Assembly (NCBI GenBank): GCA_026991575.1
Contig: JALXBF010000188.1
Coordinates: 1 to 33,312, forward strand
DNA length: 33,312 nt
From: Planctomycetota bacterium
Lineage (GTDB): Bacteria > Planctomycetota > Planctomycetia > JALXBF01
Direction: 5' to 3'
In this document: one piece after another, positions 1 through 7,295 of the stretch
How positions within the stretch are numbered: position 1 is the first letter of the stretch
How the letters are laid out: every line of letters begins with the position of its first letter
Notes under the pieces: generated by a model
What the model was told of the DNA's origin: nothing
Databases searched by the model: none
Seen by the model: only the letters and a program-made list of their open reading frames with translations
Made by a program: the position numbers and the translations under genes

Positions 1-44
1 GTATTCTACTTGTGCTACGGGAGTCCCTGGCCGGAGGACAAGGC

Positions 45-626
45 GTGGCGAAGGCACGAATCTACACTGGCACAGGCGATGACGGCACGACCGGACTGAT
101 CGGCAGGACACGCGTCTCGAAGAGCGATCCGCGTATCGAAGCATACGGTGCGGTGGACGAGCTCAACGCGTTGCTCGGCTTGGTCGTGGCCCACGGTGCG
201 GGCGAGCTGGATGAGGCGACGCTCAGTGGACTACGTGACGTGCAGGGGGACCTGTTCTGTATTGGAGCCGTGCTCGCGTCGCCGGAGGGAGCCGTGCCCG
301 GCTGCGAGGTGCCGGCCGAGCAGGTCCGGAAGCTGGAGCGTTGGATTGACCGGGTCGAGCAAGGCCTGGAGCCGTTGCGTTCGTTCATCCTGCCGGGAGG
401 AACCCGGCTGGCAGCCTGGCTGCATCTGGCCCGCACCGTGTGCCGTCGGGCGGAACGGCGTGTGGTCGCGCTGGCCGAGCGTGCGGCCGTGCCAGTTGTG
501 GTGATCCAGTACCTGAACCGGCTCAGCGACCTGCTGTTCGTGCTGGCCCGAGACGCCAACGCCCGCGCCGGGCAGTGCGAAGTGCGCTGGCAACGCCCCG
601 CGGCAGATGCCGAGAAATCGGCGTAG
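45..626 (+). CDS. pduO: ATP:cob(I)alamin adenosyltransferase, PduO/MMAB type
   Basis: N-terminal IYTGTGDDGTT, then YGAVDELN, FILPGG, ARTVCRRAER and YLNRLSDLLFVLAR motifs. GTG start at 45 with GGAGGA RBS at 33-38. Confidence 0.93.
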   Translation: MAKARIYTGTGDDGTTGLIGRTRVSKSDPRIEAYGAVDELNALLGLVVAHGAGELDEATLSGLRDVQGDLFCIGAVLASPEGAVPGCEVPAEQVRKLERWIDRVEQGLEPLRSFILPGGTRLAAWLHLARTVCRRAERRVVALAERAAVPVVVIQYLNRLSDLLFVLARDANARAGQCEVRWQRPAADAEKSA

Positions 627-673
627 AATGGCGACTCCGACAAGCGAACCGGGCGAATGACTGGAGGCGCCGA

Positions 674-1498
674 ATGCGTGGCCTGTACGAGCGAATCCAG
701 CAGGCAGTTGCGGCTATCCGAGAACGCTGGCAGGTGCAACCAAAGGTAGGCATCATCCTGGGCACGGGGCTGGGAGGTTTCGGACAAGAGATCGACGCCG
801 ATGTCGTGATCCCCTACGAACAAATCCCGCACTTCCCACAAACCACCGTCATGACCCACACCGGCCAGCTCATCTGCGGGTCGCTGGCCGGCGTCCCGGT
901 TGCTGCCATGGAGGGCCGGTTCCACTACTACGAAGGCTACTCGATGCAAGAGGTGACCTTCCCGGTCAGAGTTTTTGAGGCACTGGGGGCGGAAGTACTG
1001 GTGATTTCCAGCGCCTGCGGCGGCATGAACCCCGAGTACGCCAAAGGCGACATCGTGCTCTTGGACGATCACATCAACCTCATGCCCGAAAACCCGTTGC
1101 GCGGCTGGAACGATGAACGTCTCGGACCCCGCTTCCCGGACATGTGGCGCCCGTACGACCAGGAGCTGATCGAGGCAGCCGAGGCGATCGCTCGGCAGGA
1201 AGGCATCCGCGTCCACCGAGGCGTGTACGTGGCCGTGCCGGGCCCCAACCTCGAGACACGCGCCGAGTACCGCTTCCTGCGAATGATCGGTGCCGATGTC
1301 GTGGGCATGAGCACCGTGCCAGAGGCGATCGTCGCGGCCCACGCCGGGCTGCGCGTGCTCGCACTGTCCGTGGTGACCGACATCTGCCGCCCGCTGTTCC
1401 TGCAACCGATCGACCTGGACGATATCATTCGGACGGCAAATGAGGCAGAGCCCAAGCTGCGCACCATCGTCCGCGGCGTCCTGAAGAAGCTCGCGTGA
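674..1498 (+). CDS. punA: Purine nucleoside phosphorylase (trimeric PNP/MTAP family)
   Basis: IILGTGLG, GRFHYYEGY, GPNLET and GADVVGMSTVPE motifs. ATG at 674 with GGAGG RBS. Confidence 0.93.
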   Translation: MRGLYERIQQAVAAIRERWQVQPKVGIILGTGLGGFGQEIDADVVIPYEQIPHFPQTTVMTHTGQLICGSLAGVPVAAMEGRFHYYEGYSMQEVTFPVRVFEALGAEVLVISSACGGMNPEYAKGDIVLLDDHINLMPENPLRGWNDERLGPRFPDMWRPYDQELIEAAEAIARQEGIRVHRGVYVAVPGPNLETRAEYRFLRMIGADVVGMSTVPEAIVAAHAGLRVLALSVVTDICRPLFLQPIDLDDIIRTANEAEPKLRTIVRGVLKKLA

Positions 1499-1551
1499 CA
1501 AGTACCGTCAATTGCGCCACGCGCTTGCTTGCGTCGCAGCGGCTGCGCGCA

Positions 1552-1577
1552 GGAAACCTTCAGCCCGGCCCTCCGTT
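1552..1577 (+). promoter_or_regulatory. Putative ECF sigma factor promoter
   Basis: GGAAAC (1552-1557), N16, CGTT (1574-1577), matching the common ECF AAC/CGT consensus, about 95 bp upstream of the SBBP gene. Confidence 0.5.
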
Positions 1578-1671
1578 GAACCGCAGTGCTCAGGAACGCC
1601 GCTTGTAGCGGTTGCGGCGTGCTTTACCGTCCTGCGTGAAGAAGCCATCGCACCGAGCCCACGGCTGCACC

Positions 1672-3246
1672 ATGACACAGCAATCGTACCGATGGCCGCC
1701 AGTTATTGCTGCCGTGTGCTGCGTCCTGGCAGTGGCGACCGGTCGAGACGGACTGGCGCAATATGAGATTGCCTTCTCCACGTATGCCGGGGGAAAACGA
1801 TGGGAGCATGCGCGCGACGTATGCACGGATCAGGCCGGCAATGTTTACGTGGTCGGCGGCACAGCCTCGTCTGATTTTCCGACAACCCCGGGCGCATTCG
1901 ACCGCACGTTCGACGACACGGGCCGGCGACTGGGCGACGCCGGGCCGTGCGATGCGTTTGTCATGAAATTCTCCCCGGAGGGGCGGCTTGTATGGTCCAC
2001 GTTGCTGGGCGGCCCAAACTATGACCGAGCGTACGCTGTGGAAGTGGACAAGTGGGGCAACGTGTACGTGGCCGGCCGGGCCGGCCCAGGTTTTCCCGTG
2101 ACCACCGATTCATTTCAACCGACGTTCGCCGGGAGCCGCTACAACGCCTTCTACGGCGATCAGAACGGGTTCGTTGCCAAACTCAGTCCCGACGGACGCC
2201 GTCTCCTGTGGGCAAGCTACGTCGGCGTCGGCGAGCTATGCCGCGATCTGGCAATTGACGCCGCCGGCAACGTGTACCTGCCGATGGGTTGGAACGCGCA
2301 CTCGCACCGGGTGCCCCTTCCGGCGTGGATGCGAACCGCTCTTGCGCACGCTTACCAGCCCAACCCGGCCGGCGACATCGACTGCGGTATCGTCAAAGTG
2401 CGTGCCGACGGCAAGGCAGTCTGCTGGGCGACCTGGATCGGAGGCTCGGGGAAGGAAACCCAGGAGGCAGCCATCCGGGTCGATTGCCGCGGCCGCCCGG
2501 TGATCCTGCTGAACACCCGATCCGATGACATTCCGACAACGCTCGATGTCACCTCCGGTGAGCGCGGCGATGAGGATGCTTACGTGGCAATGTTCTCTGC
2601 CGACGGGTCGCGAATGCTGTGGTCCGTGCGGCTCGGCGGCCCGGGCGACGACTGGGCACTGGGCACGCACAACCTGGCGGTGGATCGGTCAGGCAACGTC
2701 TACGTGGCCATCACAGCAGCAGCCGGCTTCCGCGCGCCAGGACTGCGTCGGATTGGGCCGTGCGGTGGGGCAACGGACATTGCTGTCGTGAGACTATCGG
2801 ATGGCGGCAGCGTGCTCGGATCGGTGCTTGTTGGGGGCAGTCGCAGCGACAGCGTTGACGGCATCACCGTCGATCCGGCAGGCAACGTGTTCGTCACCGG
2901 TGCCACCGCGTCGCCAGACTTTCCCACGACCGGCGGCGCCGCGCAGCGGACGCCGGCCGGAGGCCAAGATGCGCTGGCAATCGTGCTGACCCCTGATCTC
3001 CAAGCGCCGCGGTACATGACCCTTCTGGGCGGATCCTCGGACGACCGGGGCCGATCAGCGTGCCATGGGCCTCAGGGTCGCCTGTACCTGGTCGGTGCGA
3101 CCACTAGCGTGGACTGGCCGGTTAAGCGGCCGTTCCAGGCCCGTTTTGCCGGTACCAATGACCCCCGCTGGGCCAATGGCGACTGCGTGCTCGTGTGCTT
3201 GCGGCCGACCGTCGCCGACCGCAAGTCGGTCATTCAGCGCGATTGA
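1672..3246 (+). CDS. Exported SBBP-repeat beta-propeller protein
   Basis: Signal-peptide-like N-terminus. Repeated blades DxxGNVYV(V/A)G, T.S.DFPTT and WST.LGG. Start at ATG 1672 is inferred. Confidence 0.85.
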   Translation: MTQQSYRWPPVIAAVCCVLAVATGRDGLAQYEIAFSTYAGGKRWEHARDVCTDQAGNVYVVGGTASSDFPTTPGAFDRTFDDTGRRLGDAGPCDAFVMKFSPEGRLVWSTLLGGPNYDRAYAVEVDKWGNVYVAGRAGPGFPVTTDSFQPTFAGSRYNAFYGDQNGFVAKLSPDGRRLLWASYVGVGELCRDLAIDAAGNVYLPMGWNAHSHRVPLPAWMRTALAHAYQPNPAGDIDCGIVKVRADGKAVCWATWIGGSGKETQEAAIRVDCRGRPVILLNTRSDDIPTTLDVTSGERGDEDAYVAMFSADGSRMLWSVRLGGPGDDWALGTHNLAVDRSGNVYVAITAAAGFRAPGLRRIGPCGGATDIAVVRLSDGGSVLGSVLVGGSRSDSVDGITVDPAGNVFVTGATASPDFPTTGGAAQRTPAGGQDALAIVLTPDLQAPRYMTLLGGSSDDRGRSACHGPQGRLYLVGATTSVDWPVKRPFQARFAGTNDPRWANGDCVLVCLRPTVADRKSVIQRD

Positions 3247-3598
3247 GCACGCACTCCAGAAAACAGTCACACTGCTTGTAGTGCCCCTCTGGCTGCAGTG
3301 CCTGCATCAGCCGCCGGAACACGGAGTAGTCAACGCTGTAGTAGTTGAACTTGCCCCGCTGGTCGACGTTCACCAGGCCTGCCAACCGCATCAGGCCCAG
3401 ATGGCGGCTGACGGCCGGCTGGCTCTGCCCGACCCTCTGGCAGATTTCGGTCACGTTCAGCTCGCCGTAGCGGCTGAGCAGCAGGACGATCTTCAGCCGC
3501 GTTTCGTCAGAGAGCAGTCCGAAGACGGTGGACAGGTCACGAAGCAAGCGTGGATCAACGTGGCCGTTGCCCGTGGCAGGCTCGTTGTCCCGGAGCAT
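3230..3598 (-). CDS. ArsR/SmtB family transcriptional repressor
   Basis: LSDETRLKIV, ELNVTEI, SQPAVSRHLGLMRLAGLV and RGKFNYYS winged-HTH motifs. GAGGAG RBS. C-terminal CDCFLEC. Confidence 0.92.
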   Translation of the reverse strand: MLRDNEPATGNGHVDPRLLRDLSTVFGLLSDETRLKIVLLLSRYGELNVTEICQRVGQSQPAVSRHLGLMRLAGLVNVDQRGKFNYYSVDYSVFRRLMQALQPEGHYKQCDCFLECVLNRAE

Positions 3599-3609
3599 AG
3601 CTGTCTCCT

Positions 3610-3646
3610 CAATGAATCTATTGTTTACATGTTAAGTTTACTCATT
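3610..3646 (-). promoter_or_regulatory. AT-rich putative ArsR operator/internal promoter upstream of arsR
   Basis: Markedly AT-rich spacer in a GC-rich background. AATGA...TCATT inverted ends. Minus strand AACATGTAAACAATAGATTCAT resembles the site at 9875-9897. Confidence 0.45.
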
Positions 3647-5720
3647 TTGATTGCTCCGGGACAAGCCGGATCGCCGGGCTCCAGACCATCACCTGCTTCT
3701 TCTGCACGGTTGCCTCACCCTGGATCACTACCTGAACCGGGTGGGCGGCATTCTTCGGCGTGGTCACCGTCAGCTTCCCTTCTGTCTGGTCCGGCGCGAC
3801 GGTGACTGCAGTTGCCGAATAGCCGCGTGGCAGCCCGAGCAGCGAAAGCTTCACCGGTACCTTGGCACCCTCGGGCCGGTCCACCTTGACGGTCAGCTCG
3901 ACCTTTGCGGTCGGCTTGAATTTGACCTCGGTCGCCGCTGCTGTCAGCTTGATCGGCGGAGCAATGGCGGCTGCCATGGCGGTCAGCCGGACAGGGTACT
4001 CCTGACGTTGATCGGCAATGTAGCTATGGCTTTCACGTGGCCGGGCGGTACGCACAATCTCACGGTCGCCCACCTTCGCCTTGCCCTTCAGCGTGAAACG
4101 GACGAGCGTTCCCGGCGTCAACTTCTCATCGGCAGTCAGCGTGACATAGGTCTCGTTCTGACCCGGTGCGATGGTGCCACCGGAGAACCGCACGCCCTCC
4201 GGCAGGCCATCGACCACCAGCTCTACCGGACCGCCGAAGCCGTCGAGCCGCGAGAGCCGCACGCGAAGGTACGCGGTACCGCCCACCGGCAGGGCACGGG
4301 CGATGGTCACGGCAATGTTCAGACGCGGGTTGGTGATGAACGGATCTGTGGGCACAAGCGCCAACTCAAAGTCAGGCTGGGACAAGTACAGTTGCAGCCG
4401 GTAACGGTAGTCCGGGCCGCCGATGCGGGCGGTGTCCCGCAGCCGGATGCGATACGTGCCGTCGGCCGGCAGCCGGTAGCGGATGCGAGCATCGGCCGGA
4501 TGGGGAAAACCGGCACGGTACACGGCGTCATCATTGGCGGCCAGCCTCCTGCCTCGGGCGTCGTACAGCTCCAGGTAAGGATCCAGCGGCGATCCGACTC
4601 GGCGTGCCACCGTTTCCACTACGATCACCTGGCCTTTCTTCCCGTCAAAAGTGAACCAGTCCGATTGGCCACGGGCGTGGATGGTGCCGTTGACGGCCTG
4701 GCCAATCTGCAGCGGCTGCGCCTGATCCGGCCCGTCGTTTGGTTCCTTCTCTGCTATCCCGTCGAAGGGATCGACCCAAAGCTCGATCTCGTTCGAGAAC
4801 TGATCGCCCACCGGCAGACGGAACGCATGCACGTCGGGGCGTTCGGCAATGGCCGGTAGCTTCACCTTGACGTCGGCAGGCAGGTGGACGCCGAACAGTT
4901 TCAGCGGCAGCTCTGTGCCGGCCTTGCCGCCAACCGGGAACCAATCGACTGCCAGCGGCAGTTGTCCAGCACGGAGCACGTACACGAAATCCCCCCGACC
5001 CCGGTAGGCGGTGTCTCGGACGCACAGGATGTACTCACCGTCGGCAGGCACCTCGTAGATGAGCACAGCGTCAGGCCGGTAGCGGAAGTCGTCGGCGCTG
5101 GCCACGAGGTGGCCGTCGGAACGGTACAGTTCCAGTGCCGGGTCAAACCAGCCGATGCGATCGTCGATGCGCAGGAACGGCAGCAATTCTCGGCCGATGG
5201 CCTGGAACACCAGTTTCTGGCCTGCCTTGGCGTAGAACCGGAAGAAATCGCGGTCGGCTCCCGTGACCACGCCGGTTATCGCCACGGGCAGTTGCTCCAG
5301 CGGCTGCGCCTGCTCTGGCAGCGTGTTCGGTTCCTTCTCCGCGATTACCGGCAGGTAATCCACGTAGAGGTAGCGGCAGTTTGACAGCCCGTGCTTGCCG
5401 ATCAGACGAATCTCCTGGACGCCAACCGGTGCGTCCTTGGCTGCGGTGATCTTCAGCTTGACGGTCGAGGCGTTTGGAACCTGCTCGAGTTTCGCGTTGA
5501 GCCCCTTGCCCGAGAAGACAACGCCCGTGATATCGACCAGGTTGCTTCCGGTGATCGTGATCAGCTGTTCGGTGCCGCGCTGGATTGCGGCCGGGGACAC
5601 AGTGCGCAGCTCCGGCGGAGGGACGGGGGCCGGAGGTGGTGCTGTGACGGCAGCATCTGTCGGGAAGAGCACGCACGCGGCAAGCCACAAGAGCTGGGGC
5701 AGCAGCTTCGACCTTTTCAT
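3642..5720 (-). CDS. Exported PPC (pre-peptidase C-terminal) domain protein with Ig-like domains, of the type found beside DUF1501
   Basis: Signal peptide from MKRSKLL. Two repeats IAEKEPN..P.QAQPL...D.F.F....GQ...DP.LELY...DD. No protease catalytic motif seen. ATG 5720 with AGGTG RBS. Confidence 0.82.
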   Translation of the reverse strand: MKRSKLLPQLLWLAACVLFPTDAAVTAPPPAPVPPPELRTVSPAAIQRGTEQLITITGSNLVDITGVVFSGKGLNAKLEQVPNASTVKLKITAAKDAPVGVQEIRLIGKHGLSNCRYLYVDYLPVIAEKEPNTLPEQAQPLEQLPVAITGVVTGADRDFFRFYAKAGQKLVFQAIGRELLPFLRIDDRIGWFDPALELYRSDGHLVASADDFRYRPDAVLIYEVPADGEYILCVRDTAYRGRGDFVYVLRAGQLPLAVDWFPVGGKAGTELPLKLFGVHLPADVKVKLPAIAERPDVHAFRLPVGDQFSNEIELWVDPFDGIAEKEPNDGPDQAQPLQIGQAVNGTIHARGQSDWFTFDGKKGQVIVVETVARRVGSPLDPYLELYDARGRRLAANDDAVYRAGFPHPADARIRYRLPADGTYRIRLRDTARIGGPDYRYRLQLYLSQPDFELALVPTDPFITNPRLNIAVTIARALPVGGTAYLRVRLSRLDGFGGPVELVVDGLPEGVRFSGGTIAPGQNETYVTLTADEKLTPGTLVRFTLKGKAKVGDREIVRTARPRESHSYIADQRQEYPVRLTAMAAAIAPPIKLTAAATEVKFKPTAKVELTVKVDRPEGAKVPVKLSLLGLPRGYSATAVTVAPDQTEGKLTVTTPKNAAHPVQVVIQGEATVQKKQVMVWSPAIRLVPEQSK

Positions 5721-5761
5721 GGTCACACCTCGTTGTCCACTCGGGCGGGTGCTGGGCAAAA

Positions 5762-5834
5762 GGGTAGCACGCCTCCTGCTAAGCCGCCCGCAACTCCGGA
5801 TGGTGTCTTAGGCGGTCGAGCAGGAGGCGCGCCC
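5762..5834 (-). terminator. Long intergenic stem-loop (weak terminator/attenuator or mRNA stabiliser)
   Basis: Perfect 11-bp inverted repeat CGCCTCCTGCT (5770-5780) / AGCAGGAGGCG (5819-5829). Inner GCCGCC/GGCGGT pairing. Short U4 tract follows on the minus strand. Confidence 0.5.
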
Positions 5835-5851
5835 GGTGGGGGGGTACTTTC

Positions 5852-7204
5852 CTAGAGCAGCTCGTCCAGCAGGCCGCCGCTGGCGATGGTACCCTGCGCC
5901 AGGGGCGTGATGTAAGCCACGCGGCCCTGCGGGTGCGGCAGCCGCTTCTTGTAATCGATGCCAAGCTGGCGGTAGATGCTCGCACACAGGTCCCACGGGT
6001 AGCAGGGGCGGTCCTTCACGAACTCTGCCCGCTCGGTGCTTTCGCCCACGATGCGGCCGCCCTGGAAGCCACCGCCGGCCAAGGCGACGGAGAAGACGTT
6101 TGGCCAGTGGTGTCGGCCGCCCTGCCAGCGGCTCGACCAGTCGATCTTCGGTGTCCGGCCAAACTCACCCTGGACAACCACAATCGTGCTGTCCAGCAGA
6201 CCGCGCTCGTAGAGGTCTTCCAACAGCGCCGAGAGGGCGCGGTCCAGGTCGGGCAGGAGATTCTTCAGGGCCTCGAAGTTCTTGAAGTGGGTGTCCCAGC
6301 CACCTCGATGTACCGTGACGAACGGGACGCCGCGCTCCACCAGGCGGCGGGCCAGTAAGCAACTCTGGCCGAACGTCGTCTTGCCGTAGCGCTCACGCAG
6401 CTTGGGGTCTTCCTTCTTCAAGTCGAACGCCTCGCGTGCCGAACCGAGCACCAGCCCGTAGGCCCGCTCATAGTAGGTGTCCACCACCTCGAAGAGCCGT
6501 TGCTGCTCGAACTTCCGAGCGAACGTGTCGATCTGCTGCATGAGCGTGCGTCGCTTGACGGCGCGCTCGGGCGTCAGCCCCGCAGCAAGCTCCAGGCCCT
6601 GAACCTTGAAGTTCGGCGACGCCGGGTTGCCGCCGGTTGCAAACGGCTTGTAGCGGCCGCCAAGGAAACCGGCTTCGCCATACCATGGCGGCGCGCTGGG
6701 GATGGCCACAAACGGCGGGATCTCACCCTTGTACCCGGCTTCGTAGCCCTTCTCCAGAGCGACCACCGAGCCCATCGACGGGTAGACAAGACCGCCTTGC
6801 AACACGTTACCCGTGTTGACAATGTGCGTTGCGATCTCGTGAGCGGGCGATGGGTGCGTGAAGGCGCGGATGATCGAGAACTTGTCAAACGTTTCAGCCA
6901 GGCGAGGCAGATACTCGCTCAGATAAACGCCGGGAACCTTGGTGCGAATCGCCTTGTACGGCCCGCGGAAATCCTCAGGAGCATCCGGCTTCGGATCCCA
7001 GCTATCGATGTGCGACGGCCCGCCCGACAGCCAGATCTGAATGACGCTCTTGGCCGGTGCGTCCTGGACCGCACCTTCGGCTTTCAGACGGAGCCATGCG
7101 GGCAACGATAGGCCCAAGGTCGTGATGCTTCCAACACGCAGGAAATCGCGGCGGGTCCATCCGTCGCACGTTGCATGTTTGCTTCGGAATCGCAGGTCCA
7201 ACAT
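5852..7204 (-). CDS. DUF1501 domain protein, Tat-exported
   Basis: TRRDFLR twin-arginine motif, [47 protein letters not shown] and GRHHWP. AGGAGG RBS. Confidence 0.93.
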   Translation of the reverse strand: MLDLRFRSKHATCDGWTRRDFLRVGSITTLGLSLPAWLRLKAEGAVQDAPAKSVIQIWLSGGPSHIDSWDPKPDAPEDFRGPYKAIRTKVPGVYLSEYLPRLAETFDKFSIIRAFTHPSPAHEIATHIVNTGNVLQGGLVYPSMGSVVALEKGYEAGYKGEIPPFVAIPSAPPWYGEAGFLGGRYKPFATGGNPASPNFKVQGLELAAGLTPERAVKRRTLMQQIDTFARKFEQQRLFEVVDTYYERAYGLVLGSAREAFDLKKEDPKLRERYGKTTFGQSCLLARRLVERGVPFVTVHRGGWDTHFKNFEALKNLLPDLDRALSALLEDLYERGLLDSTIVVVQGEFGRTPKIDWSSRWQGGRHHWPNVFSVALAGGGFQGGRIVGESTERAEFVKDRPCYPWDLCASIYRQLGIDYKKRLPHPQGRVAYITPLAQGTIASGGLLDELL

Positions 7205-7295
7205 TGCGGCTACCTCCTGGCTGCTAGCCCGAGCAGCTTTGCGAAACCAACCGCTGACGCACCGTCATGTCACCGACGCCGACTGGTCGCGGGCA

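Noticed and set aside
62..1501. Long antisense ORF (479 aa), and similar ones at 3651-4859, 7533-8582, 13124-14248, 14921-16273, 21126-22088 and 21754-22932
   Set aside because: They lie opposite well-supported genes, have no recognisable motifs, and are expected shadows of GC-rich codon usage.
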